DNA of 64,000 nt, from assembly GCF_036365525.1 (NCBI RefSeq), contig NC_090383.1:119848531-119912530 (forward strand). Direction: 5' to 3'. This DNA comes from Heterodontus francisci (Eukaryota). Both the position numbers and the translations under genes were made by a program. This document shows positions 1 through 9,810 of the stretch, piece by piece (the first letter of the stretch is position 1; each line of letters starts with the position of its first letter). The notes beneath the pieces are model-generated. The model had not been told where the DNA came from. It did no database searches and was given only the letters and a program-made list of their open reading frames with translations.

Positions 1-305
1 GAGAATCTAGAACTAGATGTCACTGTTTAAAAATAAGAGGTCTCCCATTTAAGACAGAGATGAGGAGAAATTTTGTCTCTCTGAGGGTCGTGAGTCTTTG
101 GAACTCTCTTCCTCAAAAGGCAGTGGAAGCAGAGTCTTTGAATATTTTTAAGGCAGAGATAGATAGATTCTTGATAAGCGAGGGGGTGAAAGGTTATCTG
201 TGGTAGGTAGAAATGTGGAGTAATCAGTTCAGCCATGAACTTATTGAATGGTGGAGCAGGCTTTAGGGGATGAGTGCCCTACTCCTGCTCCTAATTTGTT
301 TGTTC
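1..305 (+). mobile_element. 3' end of a CR1-clade LINE (truncated by window start)
   Basis: Encodes the ORF2 C-terminal motif (ESRTR.HCLKIR..PFKTEMRRNF) and the CR1-type 3' UTR; near-identical to 19010-19315. Confidence 0.8.
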
Positions 306-484
306 GTAGTTATACAGCCTGTTCCCCAGTGCAGTTACTACAGTTCCTGTCTCATTATTGGACCAGACTGTGCTGACTTTCACTCCATTTATGAGTACTG
401 CTTGCAAAGACTGAGCATTTGACATTGATGGATGTTAATTCTAATGTCTGCCAAGGTATCAGACTCTCTGTCCCCCTTGCAGGC

Positions 485-657
485 NNNNNNNNNNNNNNNN
501 NNNNNNNNNNNNNNNNNNNNNNNNNNNNNNNNNNNNNNNNNNNNNNNNNNNNNNNNNNNNNNNNNNNNNNNNNNNNNNNNNNNNNNNNNNNNNNNNNNNN
601 NNNNNNNNNNNNNNNNNNNNNNNNNNNNNNNNNNNNNNNNNNNNNNNNNNNNNNNNN
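485..657. other. Assembly gap (173 N)
   Basis: Run of N. Confidence 1.
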
Positions 658-1950
658 TGTGTGTGTCGCCCATGCATTCTATCTCACTCTGCCGCCCACT
701 CCCATCTCATGTGGGTGACCTTGAGTACTCTGCTGTGAGATATCTGCAGATTCACTGGGTGTTTTTTTCTGACATTCACTGTTTAATTGTATCTGATTTG
801 TCCTTGAGTTTAATGTTTCTGCTGAACCCTTTTACATAGTTTAATTTGTCTTGGAGCCGTGCTCCTGAATGGGATCGGTTGCTTGTTACTTCAGGGTTTT
901 GGTTTGTGGAAATGACTATAAACAAGCTTGCTGGCCCATTCCATCTAGCTAACTTGCCATCAGTTCCACGAACCTTCTGCTTTGGTTGTGTTGGCATCAT
1001 AGACTAACGTCTAGAACTAATGGTCTATTCCGCTAACAGGAGCAGGGTGAAGAGGCAGGTCCCCAAGTCTACCAAAGCCTGAACGGGAATTGAACCCGCA
1101 CTGTTGCCATTATTCTGAACCACATGCTAATCAACTGTTCCTTATCTGATGCACAGTCCTCTTGCACAATTCCTTCTGAAAGTACAAACTGTTTATGTCC
1201 ACGTAAATTGTCCTTCTGTGCTTAACTTGGTCGCTATACAGTAGCTTTCTGGCTTTCTGCCTTCAGAAACTATGCAGTTTATTTCAAACATCCTGTGCAC
1301 TATGGGCCGATATGAATACTGTCTACCAGTGTGATTCTCTTTCCAGGGCTGGTCCTCTTGCCTGAGAACACCATCGATTTATTTATTCGGGGATCTGGGC
1401 ATTGCTGCCAACGTTGGACTATATTGCCCATCCTGGTTGTCCTGCGAAGGTGTTGGTGGGTCACCTTAAACTGCTCATTAAGGTTTTATACAATTCAGAG
1501 GGCAGTAAACAGTCGATCCCATTGTTCCACAGCACTTTCAGGGAATTGGATAAGAGAGAAAAGAATGTGGAAACAATTCCTGCTTTTCTGTTTCTTTAAA
1601 AAAAAAAGGAGGATGATAGAATTGGGATGATTAGAAAGCAGGAAGAATACAGCTTGGGGAGCAGGATTGAAATGTGTAATGTTTTAATTTTAAATTAAAA
1701 CATGTCATTTATGACACTGACCCTTTGCTAATTGGGCCCTTTTTAGTTTTTTTCAGTGTTTGTCTGTCCTTTATTTAATCTAAATGATTCTTGCAGCCTT
1801 CAACTGGTGATCTCTCCAGTTAATTAATTGGAGAACTGAACTTGTTGCCATTTTCATTGCAGATGGAGAAGTAATGTTGGTGTCATGTGCTGATATGACT
1901 CTGAGCAAAGATTTTCTGCTGTTCGATAACTTTTCATCTCTTTTAGCAGA

Positions 1951-2020
1951 ATGAGTCGTCTCTATGTTTCACTCGCTCTTTTCATCATGTTACTTGCTGC
2001 TGCTCGGGGTTTTACAGATG
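1951..2020 (+). CDS. B7/butyrophilin-like IgV-IgC-TM gene, coding exon 1 (signal peptide MSRLYVSLALFIMLLAAARGFTD)
   Basis: Pyrimidine tract and TAGCAG acceptor just before the ATG at 1951, hydrophobic leader, G|GTGAGT donor at 2021; phase 1 matches the next exon. Confidence 0.85.
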
Positions 2021-2039
2021 GTGAGTTTGTGTCTGCATG

Positions 2040-2460
2040 TCCGCTCCCTCACGCTGTCACTCAGTAATCCCTCTCCCCCCAGCGCCCTGTGTTACTGACT
2101 GTATCTCTACTGATGTTAATCCAGCTCCCTCACACTGTCACTCAGTAACCCCTCTCCCCCCAGCACCCTGTGTTACTGACTGTATCTCTACTGATGTTAA
2201 TCCAGTTCCCTCACACTGTCACTCTAAAACCCCTCTCTCTCTTTCCCCCCCCCCGCCCCCCAGCGCCCTGTGTTACTGACTGTATCTCTACTGATGTTAA
2301 TCCAGCTCCCTCACACTGTCACTCAGTAACCCCTCACCCAGCGCCCTGTGTTACTGACTGTATCTCTACTGATGTTAATCCAGCTCTCTCACACTGTCAC
2401 TCAGTAACCCCTCTCCCCCCGCCCCCCAGCGCCCTGTGTTACTGACTGTATCTCTACTGA
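2040..2460. repeat. Minisatellite, ~80-90 bp unit, ~5 copies, intronic
   Basis: Repeated ccagctccctcacactgtcactcagtaacccctct(c)ncagcgccctgtgttactgactgtatctctactgatgttaat. Confidence 0.95.
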
Positions 2461-2533
2461 TAATCATTGTTAATATCCAAGATGTTGGTTAGAACTGAGC
2501 AATGATTCCCCCTCTGTGTAACGTTTGTTACAG

Positions 2534-2881
2534 GTGATTTTAAGGTTAAATGTGCAGAGGAACAAATGACAGTGAAGATCGGCGAAGATCTTGTTGTCCA
2601 TTGCCATTACTATTCTGCAGATGAAGCCGGCACCATTGCATTCAGCTGGATGAAGATGGATTCTAATGGGATAATCTACATTTACACAATGAACCAGAGC
2701 AGCCTGGGAGAGCAGGACCCGAGCTACCGAGACAGAGCCGAGGTCTTTGACAGCGAGATCCCTAAAGGGAATGTGTCCCTGAGATTGAAGAATGTGACTC
2801 TTTCTGACTCAGGAATCTACAGACTCTCTGTTGCCAGCCAATCACAAAGTAATGAGACCAAAGTTGTGTTAGAAGTAAGAG
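2534..2881 (+). CDS. B7/butyrophilin-like gene, exon 2 (IgV domain)
   Basis: tttgttacag acceptor and G|GTAGGG donor, phase 1-1. Translation has GEDLVVHC, FSW, EQDPSYRDRAEVF, GNVSLRLKNVTLSDSGIY, typical of B7/BTN/MOG V domains. Confidence 0.93.
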
Positions 2882-3042
2882 GTAGGGAGAAGCAAATATC
2901 CTCAGTCCCTCCTATTGTGTAAGTGATTATAAATTCTTGTGGTACAGGGAAACGTAATACCAGTCTAATAACCAGTGTGTGACTCTTATTGAACAGTACC
3001 TGGTCTGTATTTAACCTGTACTGAACTAGACCTGGTCTGTAA

Positions 3043-3190
3043 TAAAAGCAAAATACTGCGGATGCTGGAAATCTGAAATAAAAACACAAAGTGCTGGAAA
3101 TACTCAGCAGGTCAGACAGCATCTGTGGAGAGAGAAATAGAGTTAACGCTTCAGGTCTGTGACCTTTCGTCAGAGTCGTCAGAGTTCTGA
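3043..3190 (-). mobile_element. Short Penelope-terminus-like repeat with hammerhead-like motif (copy 1)
   Basis: Same ~140 bp sequence recurs at 13325, 29320 and (inverted) 58416; the minus strand reads CTGACGA-AAGGTC-ACA-GACCT-GAAG-CGTTAACT. Confidence 0.65.
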
Positions 3191-3609
3191 TCTGCACTTG
3201 GCCCCTGATGAATGGTCCCTGATCTGTATTTAGCATTTATATCTTGGAGTACCTAGACCCAACTGAACCTGATCGTGTCTGTGTACCAAGGTCCTCTGGC
3301 CTGCTTGCTTGCACTAGTTTATGAACATATGGAATATCTCAGACAGGAAGAGGCCCTGTGATCTATCTAGCCTGTCGCACGCAATGGTGACAGCTTGTGC
3401 ATTGTTCTGGATACATTCTTCACCTAGAAGACAGATGATCTCCGGTGAGAGACCAAAAGAGAAACAAAAAAAAGACCAATTCAGGAAAATGTTCTGAAAC
3501 ATTCCACCGCGACCCTCACTTAGGCAATCAAAACTAGTCCAAGGGATTACTCTGGCACTGATTTAGCAGTGTAAGGAACCTGACTCAAAGACCACTTTGC
3601 TAAGCAAGT

Positions 3610-4725
3610 TTTTAAAATTTGTTCCTGGGATGTGGGTGTCGCTGGCTAGGACAACATTTATTGCCCATCCCTAATTGCCCTTGAGAAGGTGGTGGTGAGC
3701 TGCCTTCTTGAACTGCTGCAGTCGATGTGGGGTAGGTACACCCACAGTGCTGTTAGGAAGGGAGTTCCAGGATTTTGACCCAGCAACAGTGAAAGAACAG
3801 CGATATAGTTCCAAGTCAGGATGGTGTGTGGCTTGGAGGGTAACTTGCAGGTGATGGTGTTCCCATGCATCTGCTGCCCTTGTCCTTCTAAGTGGTAGAG
3901 GTCGTGGATTTGGAAGGTGCTGTCGAAGGAGCCTTGATGCGTTGCTGCAGTATATTTCATAGATGGTACACACTGCTGCCACTGTGCGTCATTGGTGGAG
4001 GGAGTGAATGTTTGTAGATGGGGTGCCAATCAAGCGGGCTGCTTTGTCCTGGATGGTGTCGAGCTTCCTGAGTGGTGTTGGAGCTGCATCCATCCAGGCA
4101 AGTGGAGAGTATTCCATCACACTCCTGACTTGTGCCTTGTAGATGGTGGACAGGCTTTGGGGAGTCAGGAGGTGAGTTACTCGCCGCAGGATTCCTAGCC
4201 TCTGACCTGCTCTTGTAGAGATAAGAACATAAGAAATAGGTGCAGGAGTAAGCCATTCGACCCCTCAAGCCTGCCCTGCATTCAATAAGGTCATGGCTGA
4301 TCTGCCCCAGATTCAACTCCTCTTTTGTGCCCACTCTTCATAGCCCTCAACTCCCCAGTCTTTCAAAATTCTATCTACCTCCTCTTTAAATACTTTCAGT
4401 GATCTAGCCTCCACAGCTCTCTGGGGTAGAGAATTCCAGACATTCACCACCCTCTGAGAGATGAAATTCCTTTGCCTCTCAGTTTTAAATGAGTGCCCCC
4501 TATTCTGTAACTATGATTCCACAAGTGGAAACATCTTCTCAACATCTACCCTGTCAAGCCCCCTCAGATCTTGTACGTTTCAATAAGATCACCCCTCATT
4601 CTTCTCAACTCTAATGAATAACGGCTTAACCTGTTTAGCTGTTCTTGATGGTATTTATATGACTATTCCAGTTCAGTTTCTGGTCAATGATAACCCCCAG
4701 GATGTTGATAGTGGGGGATTCAGTG
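3610..4725 (-). mobile_element. CR1/L2-superclade LINE 3' fragment, interrupted by a CR1 copy
   Basis: Reverse complement of the 25780-26445 element (same GGGCAATTAGGGATGGGCAATAAATG tail); the host resumes at ~4648 after the nested insert. Confidence 0.8.
4220..4647 (-). mobile_element. CR1 3' fragment nested in the LINE above
   Basis: Starts ataagaacataagaaatagg (CR1 tail repeat, reverse complement) followed by degenerate ORF2 C-terminus. Confidence 0.8.
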
Positions 4726-5296
4726 GGAATTGGATACAAACTTAAAGCAAAAATTTGCAGGACTATGGGGAAAGGGCAGGGAAGTGGGAATAATTGATGT
4801 AGTCCTTTCGAAGAGCTGGGAAGACTGATGAACCGAATAGTCCCCTCCTGTGATTTATTACAGGAGTTTGAGATTAAACACTACACAGAAGATTACAGAT
4901 CAAGTATGCTCGTTAACCAGTTTGCAGCGTAATGGTGTGACAATCTCCAGAATTTGTTCTGTAACACACTACAGATCACACACTGCAGGCCACAGGGCAC
5001 TGCCTATGGTAAGGGGGTCAGAAGGCACTGCTTCTTTCAAGGCCATGGGCCGTGTAGGAGGGCACAAGGCAGTGTCTATGTTGAAGGTCAAGTGGGGGGG
5101 GGGCCTTTATTCAAGGGGTCATGAGGACGTGGACCTTGTTAAGGGGTCATAGGGCACTGGCTGTGTTCAAGATCATGGGGGAACGGCACCCAAGTTAAAG
5201 GGGACCTGTAGACAGGGACCATGTTAAAGGTGCACTGGGGGGTTGGTTCCTGGTTAGTGTGGGCTTATATCACAGATGTTCACTCTTCCCTCACAG

Positions 5297-5581
5297 CTGT
5301 CGGTAAGCAGCCGGTCATCCGCTCTTACGTTACTGATCAGGGTTTCTCCATGCTGGTCTGTGAATCGTCCGGATGGTATCCAGAGCCAACTGTGACCTGG
5401 GAGAACGGGCTTGGAATGCAGCTGACCAAATATGCACGCACGGAGACAATCAACGATACGGGTGGGATTATCCACCTGAGGAGCACGATTGGGTTAGACC
5501 ATGGGCCAATCAGCAATTACACCTGCACCATGATGGATCAACACTTGAATGAAGCGGTCTCCTTTGTCTTTGTTGTTCTGA
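5297..5581 (+). CDS. B7/butyrophilin-like gene, exon 3 (IgC domain)
   Basis: ttccctcacag acceptor and A|GTGAGT donor, phase 1-1. AVGKQPVI...LVCESSGWYPEPTVTW...NYTC is the B7/BTN C-domain signature, with both Cys present. Confidence 0.93.
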
Positions 5582-5879
5582 GTGAGTATGGAAGCAAAGT
5601 CTTTAACAGCATGTGAAATGATCTAGCTAAGGTGTGTCTGTCGCCTGTGCAGTTCCCCTCAGCAGCTATAATCACATTAAGTGAAGGTTGCATCATAGCA
5701 CAGTCTGTAGACTGCTTGTTGGTTCACATTGTGTGAGAGGAGCCTCCTGTTTTTTTTTTGAGGTACCGATGCCCAACAAGAATGTTGTGTATCCAAGTTT
5801 GCTGCTGATACTGAGTTAGAAAGCACAGTAAACTGTGTGGATGGGAGCAGCAAGTTACAAAGGGACATAGTACTACGTA

Positions 5880-6823
5880 CATACGAATATATACATTAGG
5901 AGCAGAAGTAGGCCATTCGGCCCCTCTAGCCTGCTCCACCATCCAATATGATCATGGCTGATCTGTTTGTGTTTTGAATTCGACAACTTATGTCACAGGT
6001 GGCAAAGTGGTATTGTCACTGGACTAGTAACCCAGGGTATTGCTCTGGGGACATGGGTTCAAATCCTATCACAGCAGAAAGTGGAATTTGAATTCAATTA
6101 ATAAATCTGGAATTAAAAAAAAGTTAGTCTAATGATGGCCATGAAACCATTGTCAATTGTTGTAAAAATCCATCTGGTTCACTAATGTCCTTTAGGGAAG
6201 GAAATCTGCTGTCCTTACCTGGTCTGGCCTAGATGTGACTCCAGACCCACAGCAATGTGGTTGACTCTTACATGCCCTCTGAAATGGCCTAGCAAGCCAC
6301 TCAGTTAGGGCAATTAGGGATGGGCAATAAATGCTGGCCTGGCCAGTGATGCCCACATCCCATGAATGAATAAATAAAAAAAAGAACTCGCATCTACCCC
6401 CGATAACCCTCGATTCCCTTGCGTAACAAGAATCTATCTACCTCCGCCTTAAAAATATTCAATGACCCCGCCTCCACCACCTTCTCAAGCAGAGAGTTCC
6501 AAAGTTGCACAACCCTGTGAGAGAAAAAAATTCTCCTCATCTCTGTCCTACAAGGGCGACCCCTAATTTTAAAACAGTGCCCCCTAGTTCTGGACTCACC
6601 CACAAGAGGAAACATCCTTTCCACATCCACCTTGTCAAGACTGTCCAGGATCTTATAAACTTCAATCAAATCTCCCCTCACTCTTCTAAACTCCAGTGAA
6701 AACAAGCTCAGTCTGTCCAACCTTTCCTCATAAGACAACCCGCTCATTCCAGGTATCAATCTAGTAAACCTCTTCTGAACCGCCTCCAATGCATTCACAT
6801 CCTTCCTTAAATAAGGAGACCAA
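5880..6823 (-). mobile_element. CR1 LINE 3' part (host of a SINE and a second LINE; short remnant resumes 7393-7422)
   Basis: ORF 6394-6798 [24 protein letters not shown]...RGDLIEVYKI is CR1 ORF2 C-terminus. Confidence 0.9.
5998..6383 (+). mobile_element. tRNA-derived SINE with a LINE-shared 3' tail
   Basis: A-box-like TGGCAAAGTGG, B-box GGTTCAAATCC, tail identical to the LINE at 25117-26447, A-rich end; second copy at 36980. Confidence 0.8.
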
Positions 6824-7392
6824 GTTGTACATAATGTTGGTTAGGCCGCATTTGGAGTACTGTGTGCAGTTCTGGTCGCCACACTACAGGAAAGATGTGA
6901 TTAAGCTAGAGAGGGTGCAGATTCACAAGGATGTTGCCTGGTTTGGAGGGCTGGAGTTATAAAGAGAGATTGGATAGGATGGGTCTGTTTTCCCTGGAGC
7001 GAAGGAGGCTGAAAGGGGACATGATAGAGGTATATAAAATTATGAGAGGCATAGATAGAGTAGATAGCCAGAGTCTGTTTCCCATGGTGGGGGTGACTAA
7101 AACTAGAGGGCATAGATTTAAGGTGAGAGGGAGGAGGTTTAAAGGTGATCAAAGGGGTAATTTTTTCACACAAAGAATAGTGGGTATCTGGAATGAGCTG
7201 CCAGAGGAGGTGGTGGAGGCAGGAACAGTAGCAACATTTAAGAGGCATCTGGACAGGTACTTGAATGAGCAAGGCATAGAGGGATATGGAATTAATGCAG
7301 GCAGGTGGGATTAGTATAGATAGGCATTATGGTCGGCATGGACGCGGTGGGCCGAAGGGCCTGTTTCTATGCTGTACGACTCTATGACTCTA
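6824..7392 (+). mobile_element. CR1-clade (HER1-like) LINE 3' fragment
   Basis: ORF 6931-7314 (ERRRLKGDMIEVYKIMRG...TRGH); 3' tail gggccgaagggcctgtttctatgctgt followed by (gactctat) repeats, shared with the SINE at 46851. Confidence 0.88.
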
Positions 7393-7624
7393 AAACTACA
7401 CACAGTATTCGAGATGTGGTCTCGGATTAAGTAAATGAGCAAAACTGATTTCGGTTGGAATTCAATGTGTGGAAGTGTGACAACATCCACTTTAGATTCC
7501 TAGAAGTTGAGGAATAGCAAGGGATGTGGAGCAAAGTCAAATAAATAGTTAAAGTTATGGATCAGCAGTGATTTAATTGATTTTTGGAGCAGTCTTGAGA
7601 GACTGAATGGCCATTTTCTATTCA

Positions 7625-7840
7625 CAGAATCACAGAATAATACAGTGCAGAAGAGGCCCTTCGGCCCATCGAGTCTGCACCGATACATTAAAACACCTGA
7701 CCTGTCTACCTAATCCCATTTGCCAGCACTTGGCCCATAGCCTTGAATGTTATGACGTGCCAAGTGCTCATCCAGGTACTTTTTAAAGGATGTGAGGCGA
7801 CCTGCCTCTACCACCCTCCCAGGCAGTGCATTCCAGACCA
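7625..7840 (-). mobile_element. Short CR1-clade 3' tail fragment
   Basis: cacagaatcacagaat tail repeat and ggcccttcggccc hairpin motif. Confidence 0.65.
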
Positions 7841-8199
7841 TATTCCGATAGTATAATCACTGGGCATAAACGACAGTAAGAAGTATATTGTTTGGGAAAA
7901 GGCCAGTGTCCCTGAAATTGGATCAATCCTGCCAATCATAATTTGTTTTGGCGAAGGATCAAGGAGGGAGGGTAGCCAGAGGAGGGAAGGGGATGGTACA
8001 TGAGGGGAGCTTGCTGCAGGCCTGTACTGAAGTCAGGGCTATATAGGCAGGGATGGTGGGAGTAAGTGGCTGGCCTCTGCAAGAGTTCCTGCTTATCCCT
8101 GTTGAGAGACGCATGTGGAGGGCCAAAGTGTGAGTGGGGCAGGAGGCTGAAAAGAGTTGGAGAGACAGCCATGTTTGATGTGGGATTATTGGCAGATCT

Positions 8200-8610
8200 C
8201 TGCTGGAGCGTTATGCAACAAAATTTAACATGCAGCCAAGGAATGAGGTCAGGTGACTAAAAGCTTAATCAGTTGTTTCAAGGAGTGTCTTAAAGGAGGA
8301 GAGAGAGGTAGAAAGGGCAGAGCGTTTAGAGAGCTTAGGGACTTGTCAACTGAAGCCACAGCCGCCAGTGGCAGGGTGAAGGAGATTGGGGATGAGCAAG
8401 ACACCAAGAGAGAGTACAGAGACATTGGAAGGTTGTGGGACTGGAGGAAGTTACAGAGATGGAGAGGGGTGAGAGCCATGCAGGGATTTGAAAATAAGGA
8501 TGAGAATTTTAAAATCAAGGTCACGGATCGGGAGCCCGTGTAGGTCAGCGAGCACAGGGATGGTGGGTGAATGGGACTTGGTGAGAGTTAGGATATGGGC
8601 AGCTAGAGTA
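8200..8610 (-). mobile_element. L2 LINE 3' fragment
   Basis: Homologous to 20760-21130 (LILKFSSLFSNPCMA-type region). Confidence 0.7.
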
Positions 8611-9078
8611 TGTGTGGCTTTGAAATGTTAAATTAATATTAAAATAAAAGCTGCAGATGGAATGAGGAAGTAAAGATTGAGTGAAGTAAAGAGGACAGCA
8701 GTCTGAGGTAGTGACTGAAAGAAAGGAAAGAGTAAATTCTCTGTCGCTGCTGTACATAATCCAGCTTTCTGCTGAAGTTACAGCAGCATAGCAGGAACAT
8801 CCAAGAGAGAATTCAACCCAGAGTGTGCTTTAGACACATCATACCTCAAGCCAATTGGAATGGAATCTGAGTGGTGGTCAACCCAGCAATGTGCACCCCC
8901 AGCTGAGATTGCAATGCTGCAGCTTCAAAGTTGCAACAATTCCTGACCGAGCAAACAACTGGTATTCAAATTAAAACTAATGGTTTAACTGCTGCACTGT
9001 CTATGACTGCGCAACAACTTCTGTGTTTAATGCTAAATAAAATAAGAATGCTTTTTTTTCTCCCTGCCTCTCTCCCAG

Positions 9079-9170
9079 TTCCAGAAAAACCTTGGCATAT
9101 CGTAGCCGGTACGGTTGGGACCATTATCTGTTCTGTGATTTTGGCTGTTTCCGTTTACTGTAGTTGGTAA
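9079..9170 (+). CDS. B7/butyrophilin-like gene, exon 4 (transmembrane helix and stop): IPEKPWHIVAGTVGTIICSVILAVSVYCSW*
   Basis: Long pyrimidine tract and CAG acceptor at 9078; phase matches exon 3; ~21-aa hydrophobic stretch; TAA at 9168-9170. Joined CDS is 795 nt, 264 aa. Confidence 0.82.
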
Positions 9171-9208
9171 CCAGATGGAAAAGGTGCATGCGGTTTTCTG
9201 CAGTGAGT

Positions 9209-9334
9209 ATTGCAAGCCCTGTCAGTCAGCTGTCTAGTACCATGGGCTGTTCACAGCAACAGCAGGAGACCATTGCAAGCCCTGTCAGTCAGCTGTCTAG
9301 TACCATGGGCTGTTCACAGCAACAGGAGGAGACC
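9209..9334. repeat. 63-bp tandem duplication (2 copies)
   Basis: attgcaagccctgtcagtcagctgtctagtaccatgggctgttcacagcaacag(c/g)aggagacc at 9209 and 9272. Confidence 0.95.
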
Positions 9335-9810
9335 AGTCAGCCCCTCAACCCAATTCTGCCATTCAGTCAGATTATAGCTGATCTGTACCACAAATCCATC
9401 TTCCTGCTGTCGTTCCATATCTCCTGATACGCTTGCCCAACAAAAATCTATCCAACTCCATTTTGAAAATGTCAATTGTCCCCAAAAATCCACTGCCTTT
9501 TTCGGGAGAGTGCTCCAGAATCCCACTACCCTTTGTGTGAAAGAGTGCTTCCTGATTTCACTCCTGAATGGTCTTGCTCTAATTTTAAGGTTATGTCCCC
9601 TTGTTCTGGATTCCTCAACAGAGGAAATTGTTTCTCTCTATATACCCAATCAAATCCCTTTATCATTTTAAACACCACAACCCTGTAAAATCAAGGTAAT
9701 ACAAGCTTAGCCTACGTGTTCTGTCCTCTGTAATTTAATGCTTTAAGCATATTATTCTGGTGAATCTGCACTGCACCAACTCCAAGGTCAATATATCCTT
9801 CCTGAGGTAT
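9320..9810 (-). mobile_element. Old CR1 3' fragment
   Basis: Degenerate reverse complement of CR1 tail and ORF2 end. Confidence 0.7.

Noticed and set aside
389-839. ORFs spanning the N run
   Set aside because: Artefacts of the assembly gap.
1951-9170. Assigning a specific symbol (VTCN1, CD276, HHLA2, BTNL) to the Ig gene, or TRIM16/25/47 to the TRIM gene
   Set aside because: Family is clear but orthology cannot be established without phylogeny and synteny.
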